This document shows positions 37,693 to 49,917 of a stretch of DNA of 64,000 nucleotides, piece after piece. The position numbers were made by a program, and so were the translations under genes. The notes under the pieces were generated by a model, which did not search any database, was not told the origin of the DNA, and worked only from the letters and a program-made list of their open reading frames with translations. Position 1 is the stretch's first letter. Each line of letters opens with the position of its first letter. Source of the stretch: Octopus sinensis (Eukaryota); contig NC_043022.1 of assembly GCF_006345805.1 (NCBI RefSeq), positions 14,198,001 to 14,262,000 on the forward strand, in the 5' to 3' direction.

Positions 37693-38529
37693 CATTCATC
37701 TAACAATACCCGTGCAGCATCTTCTCTGGGTTGCAGAGAAATCAGGGCCCCAGAGTTTATTCGATCCCACGTTACAGTAGTTTCATACAAGCAAACAAGA
37801 GACGTTCCTGTAGGAAACCACCCAGGAGGCAATTTTTTCCTGCTACTTTTTATGAATAAACATTACATCATTATTTTGATTCTTAACTGTTCTCTGCGCA
37901 CATGGTAAACGACCAGAATACAAAGCTGTAAGTGGGAACGGTTTTTGGTACTGTTTGGCATAAACAGAAGTGTTTCATTTGCAAATTACTATGATTTTAG
38001 AAACCTCAGGCCAAGGACAGACAATAGCATATTATTAATATTATTATTTTAAATTACAATATTAAAGAAAAAAACAAATATGAGAAAAAAAGACAATTTA
38101 ATAGTTTATTTGTGTGTTTTTCATAAAAGTTGATGTTCCGTCAAACCGGTATAGACAACTCTATGTCTTTTAGAGATTTGCGCTTCTCCGTTCTTGGGCT
38201 TCAAGACAAACCAGTATAGACCAGCCTCCGTGTGTGAATATAGGTTTATGGGAAGTTCTGTTATGTGTTTGTTGAATGGAGATCTAGGGGAACAGAGTAC
38301 AAGAATACACACAAATGTTTATGATGTCCTTAACTGAGATTGATGTTGTTATTCTTGTTGCGTCTGTGAGAAATTGTTATTCCAAACGAAGAAATGGCAG
38401 TTAATTATTCAACAGAATTGTCAGAGTATCTCACAAAAAGAACCTTGCCTGGTAGTATTTCATTACAGCTCTTTAAATTCTAAGTTCAAATCCTGACTGG
38501 GTCAACCTTGCCGTTCAATCCTTCTGGGG

Positions 38530-38937
38530 TTACTCTTTTACTCTTTTACTTGTTTCAGTCATTTGACTGTGGCCATGCTGGAGCACCGCCTTTAGTCGAG
38601 CAAATCGACCCCGGGACTTATTCTTTTGTAAGCCCAGTACTTATTCTATCGGTCTCTTTTGCCGAACTGCTAAGTGACAGGAACGTAAACACACCAGCAT
38701 CGGTTGTCAAGCAATACTAGGGGGACAAACACAGACACACAAACATATACACACACACTTATATATACATATATACGACAGGCTTCTTTCAGTTTCCGCC
38801 TACCAAATCCACTCACAAGGCATTGGTCGGCCCGGGGCTATAGCAGAAGACACTTGCCCAAGATGCCACGCAGTGGGACTGAACCCGGAACCATGTGGTT
38901 GGTTAGCAAGCTACTTACCACACAGCCACTCCTGCGG
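38530..38937 (-). mobile_element. SINE family 1, full length
   Basis: Family similarity. Confidence 0.9.
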
Positions 38938-38989
38938 TTGATAAAATAAAATATAAGTCATGTACTGAGACTTGGTCTCCAGATTTGAG

Positions 38990-39530
38990 AGCCTCATAAA
39001 TGCCACTGCGGATCCATTGAGGACTCTTTCAGCCTCCACCCACTGTCGTGCCTTCCATGCCATACCACCCTAAACAAAATCATAAAGCATAGTCTAGATG
39101 CCACAAGCTTCCTTTCCCAGCTTGAGCTAGCAGGGTTAAACTGAGGGGACAGTAAAAGGCTGGATGGTATGACAATTTTCCTGTTCTATGGTGGCAGGCT
39201 CCTCATCTGGGACGCCACCTGCTGTGGCACCTCCTCCAGTGACAACTTGGTGTTGTCAGCTACCAACCCTGGTTCCACCACTCGTCAGGCTGGAAAAAGC
39301 AAGATGTCTATGTATCGGTCATTCTCCAACAGGTTTATGGTCAAGCTTGTGGCAGTTGAGACCTCAGACCTCCAGCATTTTTAGCCCTTGGACTACATCT
39401 CTGCACACTACTGGGATGGAGATTGCTGTCGCCAAGTGTGAGCCCCCATGAAACAGAGTGGCTGTCCCACAATGCATCTCCCTCGCTGTCCTCTAGAGCA
39501 ACGCCTTTTCCATTTTGTCTGCTGGTGCCA
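38990..39530 (+). mobile_element. CRE-clade non-LTR retrotransposon relic (restriction-like endonuclease domain)
   Basis: HTTLNKIIKHSL..QLELAGLN*GDSKRLDGMTI..GRLLIWDATC..K..MY..VAVETS corresponds to the RH..LN / KRPDG / WD.TC / K..KY / AVET motifs. Confidence 0.75.
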
Positions 39531-39597
39531 TGAGAAATGTTTCCGTATTGTGAGAGGCAAGATTCTCTGTTAATCCTTCTATTTTGACTTAAACTCC

Positions 39598-40300
39598 TTT
39601 AGAAAATTACTATTTTTAAATCTCACAATGTGAGATATTCAACAACAGTACTTATAGTAAAGATTGTTTGCCAACATAACATGGCAGTCCTGGTTTAGGA
39701 TGAATGTTGCTGTAATTTAGCCCCAGGAGACACCGTCTCCAGCTGGCTATACAACACGAACTGTGTCCTTATATTTTAGAACAAGGGAATCTGGCACCCC
39801 CACTCAGCTCAAAACAATATCTGTGTATCATGATTTCCAGGTTATTTCCCTTCATCAGCACAGAATAACTGTTCGGCTAGAGGTGGTGCTGCCAAATTCC
39901 CGTTTGAAATCTATAGTTTTCAAAGTGACACACAGTCACTGATCTATAAATTAGAAAATTACTATTTTTAAATCTCATAACGTGAGATATTCAGCAACAG
40001 TACTTTATAGTAAAGATTGTTTGCCCAACATAACATGTCAGTCCTGGTTTAGGACGAATGTTGCTGTAATTTAGCCCCAGGAGACATCGTCTCGAGCTGG
40101 CGATACGACATGATCTGTGTCCTTATATAAGGATGATCTGTGTCCTTATATAAGGATGATCTGTGTCCTTATATGTTCGAAAATATAAGGACACAGATTG
40201 TGTTGTATAGCCAGCTGGAGACGATGTCTCCTGGGGCTAAATTACAGCAACATTCATCCTAAACCAGGACTGCCTTGTTATGTTGGCAAACAATCTTTAT
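39598..40300. mobile_element. Penelope-like structure: direct repeat plus inverted repeat, with hammerhead
   Basis: 39598-39778 repeated at 39951-40128; 40181-40300 inverted. Confidence 0.65.
39821..39863 (-). ncRNA. Minimal type-I hammerhead ribozyme
   Basis: CUGUG CUGAUGA AGG-GAAAUAA-CCU G GAAA UCAUGA UA CACAG: 5-bp stem I, intact core, palindromic stem III. Confidence 0.7.
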
Positions 40301-40789
40301 TAAATTCCTCTGTTTTTCTGTTTCAGTTTCTTATCACCATACGTGGTGTTACACTTCAGTATTAATATACAATTAAATAGATAATTTGAAGGGTCAGCCA
40401 TGTGCCTGGGCTCCCAAGTTCTACTGGCAATATGTAACTCAGTACAATCTGTTGCATGGCTGGGTCCTTAGTCACTAAACCAGTGACCCTGCCAAGCTTG
40501 CTTGGTGGGGTGGGTGATTTATTGGATATCCTGCTGGACAGAAATCAAAACTTGTCAAAGGGTGGAGGAACCCAAGGAAGTCAACAACCATCGAATAATG
40601 CGTGGCACCTTGGGCAAGTGTCTTCTACTATAGCCTCGGGCCGACCAAAGCCTTGTGAGTGGATTTGGTAGACGGAAACTAAAAGAAGCTGGATGCCATT
40701 CCTAATGCCAACCACTCCGCGAATGTAGTGGGTGCTTTTACATGCCATCAGCACAGAGCCAGTCAAGCAGTACTGGCAACGACCTCGCT

Positions 40790-41625
40790 CGAATCTTTTA
40801 CACATGCCACTGGCACAGGTGCCAGTAAGGCAACGTTGGTAACGATCATGCTCGAATGGTGTCTTTTACGTGCCACTGGCACGGTGGAGGCCAGATTGCC
40901 GCTCTGGCAATGATCATGCTCGGATGGTGCTCTTAATACCCTACTAGCACAGGGCTCGAGTACCTGTAAGGCGATGCTGGTAACGATCACGCTCGAATGG
41001 TGTCTTTTACATACCACCGGCACGGAGGCCAGATAGCCGCTCTGGCAATGATCACACTCGGATGGTGCTCTTAATACCCTACTAGCACAGGGCTCGAGTA
41101 CCTGTAAGGCGATGCTGGTAACGATCACGCTTGAATGGTGTCTTTTACATACCACCGGCACGGAGGCCACATAGCCGCTCTGGCAATGATCACACTCGGA
41201 TGGTGCTCTTAATACCCTACTAGCACAGGGCTCGAGTACCTGTAAGGCGATGCTGGTAACGATCACGCTCGAATGGTGTCTTTTACATACCACCGGCACG
41301 GAGGCCAGATAGCCACTCTGGCAATGATCACACTCGGATGGTGCTCTTAATACCCTACAAGCACAGGGCTCGAGTACCTGTAAGGCGATGCTGGTAACGA
41401 TCACGCTCGAATGGTGTCTTTTACATACCACCGGCACGGAGGCCACATAGCCGCTCTGGCAATGATCACACTCGGATGGTGCTCTTAATACCCTACAAGC
41501 ACAGGGCTCGAGTACCTGTAAAGTGATGCTGGTAACGATCACATTCGAATGGTATCTTTTACGTACCACTGGCACGGAGGCCAGATAGCCGCTCTGGCAA
41601 CGATCACACATGTATGGTGCTCTTG
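40790..41625. repeat. 138-bp tandem repeat (~6 copies) derived from an RTE 3'-UTR motif
   Basis: GCTCTGGCAA at 40901, 41039 and 41177 (period 138); contiguous with the RTE tail at 40690. Confidence 0.9.
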
Positions 41626-42044
41626 CGCCCTGGAAAACAAACAATTCCATTCAAATATGTTTTGCCTGGTGGAGGAATGTGTCTTAGTGGTTAGGGTGTT
41701 GGACTCATAACCGTGAGACTGATTTCAATTCCTGGACTAGACAAGGCATTGTGTTCTTGAACAAGACACTTCATTTTATGCTGCTCCAGTCCACTCAACT
41801 GGCAAAAATGAGTTTTCTCGCAATGGCTGGCAACCCATCCAGCAAGTAAATGTATAAATGCCACAGGAAATGGGAAACTGACCCCATGAATCTGCAAGAC
41901 ACAGGAAGGAGCTGTCTCATGGCCAGACACAATGAAGACTGGATACTGCCTGTAACTCTGTAATGACTGAAACTTTAACAATCAACTTTGGAAAGATCTC
42001 GAACCAGTTTGGTCACACTACCAGCCACACATCCACTTCTATTT

Positions 42045-43020
42045 ACCTTGAGGGGCTACCTGGACACCCCATCACCACCATTTATTTCCTTGCAACTCCG
42101 ACTGATCATTCTATCATATTTTAACCCCTCACCCTGTAGCATAAGCCCTACACCCCACTCCCTTAGAATTTGTTGTTAGCTGAGCCGCATGATAACATGG
42201 GAACTGCTGGTGCCATGAGAAAAAGCACCCAATCCACTCTGCAGGAGTGGTTGCTGTTAGGAAGGGCATCCAGCCCATACCCTGTGCCCTGAGGGGCTAC
42301 CTGGACACCCCATCACCACCATTTATTTCCTTGCAACTCCGACTGATCATTCTCTCGTTATCTTCTAAATGTGAGTAGTGATGCAACTTCTCTGAAACAG
42401 GGACCTGCTCTGCTCACACCTTTCTATCACATTTTAACCCCTCATCCCTAGCATAAGCCCTACATCCAACTCCCTTGGAATTTGTAGTTAGCTGAGCCAC
42501 ATGATAACATGGGAACTGCTGGTGCCATGAGAAAAAGCACCCAATCCACTCTGTAGCAGTGGTTGGTGTTAGGAAGGGCATCCAGCTCATACCCTGTGCC
42601 CTGAGGGGCTACCTGGACACCCCATCACCACCATTTATTTCCTTGCAACTCCGACTGATCATTCTCTCGTTATCTTCTAAATGTGAGTAGTGATGCAACT
42701 TCTCTGAAACAGGGACCTGCTCTGCTCACACCTTTCTATCACATTTTAACCCCTCATCCCTAGCATAAGCCCTACACCTCACTTCCTTGGAACTTGTAGT
42801 TAGCTGAGCTGCATGATAACATGGGAACTGCTGGTGCCATGAGAAAAAGCACCCAATCCACTCTGTAGCAGTGGTTGGTGTTAGGAAGGGCATCCAGTTG
42901 TAGAAACCATGTCAGAATAAACACTAGAATATGATGCAATTCTTGGGCTATTCAAATCCTGCCAAAATGTCCCAACCCATGCAAGCATTAAACATGGATA
43001 TTACATAATCAGGATGATAA
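42045..43020 (+). repeat. Tandem triplication (~312-bp unit, first copy partly deleted) of a diverged RTE 3' end
   Basis: GAGGGGCTACCTGGACACCCC at ~42050, 42291 and 42603. Confidence 0.85.
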
Positions 43021-43049
43021 TATAGCGTTAAAAACATGCGAGACCTCTG

Positions 43050-45490
43050 GGAGGTGTCATGGCTAGATACAACAAAGACACTTAATGTATCTATCTATAT
43101 AAACAGTAAAAGTTACAGGACCAAATTTTGATAGTGTTCTCTTCTAAGAAAAATGTTGAAATCAATTTGGTCTCAGATATCGAATGCAAAGAGTGAATTC
43201 CATGAAGATGTGTCATGGCCAAACACAATTAATAAACAATACTGAATGAATATTATAAACAGAAAAGGCAAGACAGTCGTCCTTGGAACTTGTCTCTTCA
43301 AAGAAAAAAAATCTTGAATCAATTTGGTCTCAGATATCAAATGAACAGAGTGAATTACATCAAGATGTGTCATGGCCAAACACAATTAATAAATAATACT
43401 GAATGAATATTATAAACAGAAAAAGCAAAACAGTCGTCCTTGGAACTTGTCTTTTGAAAGAAAAAAAAATCTTGAATCAATTTGGTCTCAGATATCGAAT
43501 GAACGGAGTGAATTCCATCAAGATGTGTCATGGCCAAACACAATTAACAAACGACACTGACTGAATATTATAAACAGAAAAAGCAAGACAGTCGTCTTTG
43601 AAACTCGTCTCTTCAAAGAATTAAAGTCTCAAATACTGAATAGAGTGAGTGTATTCTAACCAGGTGTGTCATGGCGAAACTGAACTAAGAAACAACACTA
43701 CCTGAATATTATAAACAGTAAAAGTGAGACATTCAGTTTAGGAAGTTGTCTTTTGAAAGAAAAGAAACCTTGAATCAGTTTGGTCTCAGATATGGAATGA
43801 AAAGAATGAATTCCATCAGGATGTGTCATGGCCGGACACAACAAACAACACTGACTGAGAAAGCAAAGCAATTGTCCTTGGAACTCGTCTCTTCAAAGAA
43901 AAGAAGTCTCAGATACCAAATGGAATGAGTGTATTCTGTTCAAGAATTTGAAAGTGTTCTCTTCTAAGGTAAATAATAAAATCAATTTAGTCTCAAATAT
44001 CGAATGCAAAGAGTGAATTCCATCAAGATGTATCATGGCTGAACACAAGTGAGAAAGAAAACAGACTGAATATTATAAACAGTAAAAGGGAGACAGTCGT
44101 CCTTGGAACTTGTCTTTTCAAAGAAAATAAATCTTGGATCAATTTGGTCTCAGATATCGAATGAACAGAGTGAATTACATCAAGATGTGTCATGGCCAAA
44201 CACAATTAATAAACAATACTGAATGAATATTATAAACAGAAAAAGCAAAACAGTCGTCCTTGGAAGTTGTCTTTTGAAAGAAAAAATATCTTGAATCGGT
44301 TTGGTCTCAGATATGGAATGAAAAGAATGAATTCCATCAGGATGTGTCATGGCTGGACACAACAAACAACACTGACTGAATATTATAAACAGAAAGCAAA
44401 GCAATCGTCCTTGGAACTCGTCTCTTCAAAGAAAAGAAGTCTCAGAGACCGAATGGAATGAGTGTATTCTGTCAAGAATTTGAAAGTGTTCTCTTCTAAG
44501 GAAAATATTAAAATCAATTTGGTCTCAAATATCGAATGAAAAGAGTGAATTCCATCAAGATGTATCATGGCCAAACACAAGTGAGAAAGAAAACAAACTG
44601 AATATTATAAACAGTAAAAGGGAGACAGTCGTCCTTGGAACTTGTCTTTTCAAAGAAAATAAATCTTGGATCAATTTGGTCTCAGATATCGAATGAACAG
44701 AGTGAATTACATCAAGATGTGTCATGGCCAAACACAATTAATAAACAATACTGAATGAATATTATAAACAGAAAAAGCAAAACAGTCGTCCTTGGAAGTT
44801 GTCTTTTGAAAGAAAAAATATCTTGAATCGGTTTGGTCTCAGATATGGAATGAAAAGAATGAATTCCATCAGGATGTGTCATGGCTGGACACAACAAACA
44901 ACACTGACTGAATATTATAAACAGAAAGCAAAGCAATCGTCCTTGGAACTCGTCTCTTCAAAGAAAAGAAGTCTCAGAGACCGAATGGAATGAGTGTATT
45001 CTGTCAAGAATTTGAAAGTGTTCTCTTCTAAGGAAAATATTAAAATCAATTTGGTCTCAAATATCGAATGAAAAGAGTGAATTCCATCAAGATGTATCAT
45101 GGCCAAACACAAGTGAGAAAGAAAACAAACTGAATATTATAAACAGTAAAAGGGAGACAGTCGTCCTTGGAACTTGTCTTTTCAAAGAAAATAAATCTTG
45201 AATTAGTTTGGTCTCAAATATGAAATGGAACGAGTGTATTGTATCAAGATTCGTTATGGCCAAACTCAATTAACAAACAACTCTAGCTGTGTATTATAAA
45301 CGGTAAAAGCAAGACTGTCATTTTTGGAAGTCGTCTTTTGAAAGGAAAAAATCTTGTCTCTTTATAATTTCAGGTATCAAATGAAAATTGTGAATTGCAT
45401 CAGGATGTGTCATGGTTTGATACAATGAAGAAGCAATCCTGCGTGTATAAGCTATAAGCAGTTGACACAATCGTCTTTGAAAGATTTTGC
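43050..45490. repeat. ~157-bp satellite with a 532-bp higher-order repeat
   Basis: GGTCTCAGAT at 43169, 43326 and 43484; ORF track repeats with period 532 (44023/44555/45087). Confidence 0.9.
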
Positions 45491-45767
45491 CATGGAAACT
45501 GTGGGAATGCTACGTAAGAGGAAGGCGACAGGAAGGGCTGTAAAAGTTGGGGTAAGACAATGAAAGTTTCCCAGAAAATCACTGACCTGGGGATTTCAAT
45601 GAAATGTGGAAGGGTAGATTGTCATAACCATTGGGTTAGCTGTAACCTGGCAGCGGAAAATGTTTTCTTGCAATCCTTACATTTTGATACGACGCCCACT
45701 GAGAAAGACGCTTAAAAAAGAAGAGTTGTGTATGTGTGTGTTTGTATGTATGTATGTATAAATGTAT

Positions 45768-46176
45768 ATACTCTTTTACTTGTTTCAGTCATTTGACTGC
45801 GGCCATGCTGGAGCACTGCCTTTTTAGTCGGGCAAATCGACCCCAGGACTTATTCTTTGGAAGCCTAGTACTTATTCTATCGGTCTCTTTTGCCGAACCA
45901 CTAAGTTACAGGGACGTAAACACACCAGCATTAGTTGTCAAGCGATGTTGGGGGGGACAAACACAGACACACAAACACACACATACATATATATATATAT
46001 ATACATATATACGACAGGCTTCTTTCAGTTTCCGTCTACCAAATCCACTCACAAGGCTTTGGTCGGCCTGAGGCTATAGTAGAAGACACTTGCCCAAGGT
46101 GCCATGCAGTGGGACTGAACCTGGGACCATGTGGTTGGTAAGCAAGCTACTTACCACACAGCCACTCCTACGCCTA
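45768..46176 (-). mobile_element. SINE family 1, full length
   Basis: Family similarity. Confidence 0.9.
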
Positions 46177-46758
46177 TATGTATGTATCTTGTGTATTTAT
46201 GAATGTATGAAGATAGTGATGTAGATATACATGACAAGGGTTGACGTATATAAATATACTTATATATTGATACATATACACATATAGATACAGATACACA
46301 CATACACATATATACATGTCTCCACTCCTGGTAATATGTCATAATTACCAATTACCATTTGAGATCACCTCAAAAATCAAGAATTCTCCAAAGTTGACAT
46401 GCCATTAAGGAAAAGGACTGTCCTATTGTCTGGAGATAAGAGGAGAGTCATGGATACATGTTTCTGCCTCAATAGCCATCATCAGCACAACAATTGCCTG
46501 ACCTCATCTCCAACAGCCACAGGACACACACTCATACAAAAGAGAGTAGAACATACCTATGGCTTAGGGAATTCGCATAATTTAAGCAGAAGCGAGTTAG
46601 AAAAATCCAGGGTGGTCAATAACATATATGAAGGGGTTTTGAAAAGTTCTCGGATTTAAGGGTTTATAATAAAAGGGCTGGATGAAGGCTAGACTTTCTG
46701 AGGGCTTAGAAAATATGAAGGACTGCTGCAGTAAGAGAGTGAATCCGAGAGGGGAATA

Positions 46759-47312
46759 TCTCTTATATAAAATCTGTTCTGTCTATCTGTCTGTATGTGT
46801 CTTCTAGGATCTCGGGCATCCTCCATCTGATTGTACTCAAATTTGATATGTAGATACCGACGTTATCAGGGCGTGTATAAGTCTTGAAAAAATTACAAAA
46901 ATCAATTCCAGGTGAGAATGCGATCGATAAAGCCGTTTTTGTCCTGCTTTTCTTTCGTCAAACTGTACATAACTGCACCTTCCAATTTTTGCTGTTCTTG
47001 TACTGCTTAAAGGCAAGTTTCTTTCCTGCCAAGCTTACTGTTTAAAGCATGTTTGTGTTCTCCCAGTCAACAGCCTTATCATTACTGGTACTTTAAACTC
47101 TTCGGTTGCATATTTGTGTGAATAAAATCATTTTTCTTTAGAATAGAAAAAAAGTCTATCTTTATTTCTTCTTTTGCTGGTGTCTCAAATTTAGGTTAAA
47201 TCAGTGTTTCTCAAAGGAGTGGCCTATGAGACAGTCGGACAAGTTGTTTTGAGAAAATTTGATTTAAATTTTTGACAACTCAGCACCATCCATTGGATGG
47301 GGGCGTTTTGCT

Positions 47313-47314
<2 letters not shown>
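46759..47314 (+). mobile_element. Non-autonomous Helitron adjoining a mariner MITE-A remnant (46628-46758)
   Basis: A|TC start with TATATAAAA and (CTGT)n; 3' hairpin CCATCCATTGGATGG then CTTG|T. Confidence 0.6.
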
Positions 47315-47371
<57 letters not shown>

Positions 47372-47377
<6 letters not shown>

Positions 47378-47779
47378 ATCCAAACAAGAAAGCACAAAAA
47401 AACACAACAACGCGAGGATGTGGAACAAATATAGTATTATTGGACGCTCAGGTAAGAAGGAAAGAAGGAGGTTTTAACGTTTCGAGCGGAGCTCTTTGTC
47501 GGAAACATAGGAGAAGGAAAGATCCAGAGAAGAGAAGACGGAGGAAAAAAAATCGCCAACGGTACACACAAGGTCACATTTTGAAAATATATATATATAC
47601 ATGATTGATCGCCAGTTCCTAAAGTTTTTTATTCTCTCTGTTTATTTTCTCGTGTTCCTTTCCGTCAAAGAGCATAGGCTTGAAACGTAAAAGACTTTCC
47701 CCATTTCCCAAGTGTTAAACTGATACACCTGTTTGTTGTTTATACACCTGTTTTTGTCTTTTGTTTTACTGTAAATTTC

Positions 47780-47785
<6 letters not shown>
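47372..47785. mobile_element. Two adjacent Penelope-like fragments, each with a degenerate hammerhead (47471-47507 minus; 47658-47693 plus)
   Basis: UUU CCGACAA A GAGC UCC GCUC GAAACGUU AAA and CUUU CCGUCAA A GAGC AUAG GCUU GAAACGUA AAAG. Confidence 0.55.
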
Positions 47786-47817
<32 letters not shown>

Positions 47818-47873
47818 GTATACACATATGTATATGTGGTGTGTGTATGTATATATATACATATACACACATA

Positions 47874-47919
<46 letters not shown>

Positions 47920-48014
47920 TATATATACATAAATACAAACACACACATATATATACATATACACACATATGTATATGTGTGTGTGTATATATATATACAT
48001 ACATATATATATAT

Positions 48015-48311
48015 ATCACCATGATCACCGTGACCGACCAGACTATCAGATGTTGCTACATATCGCTGGTCACATTGCGTTTCGCATTGTTTTAGCCTTC
48101 AAATGATGCCACCCCACTGGCTGAGTGAGCAGGCCAACAGAAGAAAGAATGAGAGAAAGAGTAGTGAAAGAGTACAGCAGGGATTGCCACTACCCCCTAC
48201 TGGAGCCTCGTGGAGCTTTAGGTGTTTTCGCTCAATAAACACTCACAACACCCGGTCTGGGAATCGAAACTGCGAATCCGCTGCTCTAACCACTGGGCCA
48301 TTGCGCCTCCA
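48015..48311 (-). mobile_element. tRNA-derived SINE family 2, tail type a
   Basis: Head GGAGGCGCAATGGCCCAGTGGTTAG..GTTTCGATTCCC; (CACGGTGAT)-type tail. Confidence 0.8.
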
Positions 48312-48314
48312 TAT

Positions 48315-48690
48315 ATTTACTCTTTTTTACTTGTTTCAGTCATTTGACTGTGGCCATGCTGGAGCACGGCCTTTAATCGACCAACTCGACCCAGTAGTTA
48401 TTCTATCGGTCTCTTTTTGCCAAACCGCTAAGTAACGGGGACATAAACACACTAGCATCGGTTGTCAAGCAATGCTAGGGGGACAAACACAGACACACAA
48501 ACACACACACATATATATACATATATACGACGGGATTCTTTCAGTTTCCGTCTACCAAATCCACTCACAAGGCTTTGGTCAGCTCGAGGCTATAGTAGAA
48601 GACACTTGCCCAAGGTGCCACGCAGTGGGACTGAACCCGGAACCATGTGGTTGGTAAACAAGCTACTTACCACACAGCCACTCCTGCACA
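48315..48690 (-). mobile_element. SINE family 1
   Basis: Family similarity. Confidence 0.85.
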
Positions 48691-49299
48691 ATATATATAT
48701 ATATATATAAAGTTAATCCAAACAAGAAAACACAAAAAAACAAAAAATCACAACAACGCGAGGACGTGATACACACACATATATATGTATATATACATAT
48801 ACACACATATGTATATGTGTGTTATATATGCAAGCAGCCTTGAGGAAATAAGCTTTGAAACAAAGGACTGGGTGCATAAAAGATAACTTTGAGAGGAAGA
48901 ACTTGAGGAGACAGAGATCTTTAGTGGAGAATGGGGGAAAGAAAACCGGAAAGGAAGGAAGGAAAGGTATTTGCAATTAGAATGGTTTACAGCCCAAGGC
49001 AGTAAAGTGAATGGAAATGAAACAAAGTTATGGGAACTGCGTAGAAGAGAGTTTCTCAGCTGAGGGACAGTTAGAGTATAGTAAAGGATACGGGACGAGT
49101 TGATCTGCCTTGCTCAATTTTGCTCTGTGGGTGTGCATGTGTTTGTACACGCAAATGCGCGCACATGTATCTATCTATCTATCTTATCTATCCATCTCTC
49201 TGTCTGCCTATCTATCTACCTATCTATCTATTTGTCTATCTATCTATCTATCTAGCTAGCTATCTTATCTATCCATCTGTCTTTCTATCTATCTATTTA

Positions 49300-49333
<34 letters not shown>

Positions 49334-49409
49334 CCTACCGACCTACCTACATACATACCTATCTATCTATCTATCTATCTTTCTATCTATCTATCTCTCT
49401 ATCTGTCTA

Positions 49410-49445
<36 letters not shown>

Positions 49446-49510
49446 TCAATCTATCTTATCTATCCATCTGTCTGTCTGTCAATCTATCTATCAATCTGTC
49501 TATCTATTTA

Positions 49511-49543
<33 letters not shown>

Positions 49544-49618
49544 CTATCTACCTACCTACCTACATAGATAGATAGGTTATCTACCTATCTATCTATCTAT
49601 CTAACTATCTATCTATCA

Positions 49619-49702
<84 letters not shown>

Positions 49703-49857
49703 CTCTGTCTGCCTATCTATCTCTCCGTCTGCCTATCTATCTACCTGTCTATCTATTTGTCTATCTATCTATCTATCTATCTATCTTTCGATCTATCAAT
49801 CTAACTTATCTATCCATCTGTCTGTCTGTCTGTCAATCTATCTGTCTGTCAATCTAT

Positions 49858-49905
<48 letters not shown>

Positions 49906-49917
49906 ATCTATCTATCT

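Noticed and set aside
38121-38312. 63-aa ORF in unique sequence
   Set aside because: No motif and weak splice signals on either strand
40763-41650. CDHCQSGY as a laminin-EGF repeat
   Set aside because: Lacks the 8-Cys spacing, and the DNA derives from a LINE 3' UTR
43050-45490. Repeat array as a possible CRISPR
   Set aside because: Whole units are repeated with no unique spacers, there are no cas genes, and the context is eukaryotic
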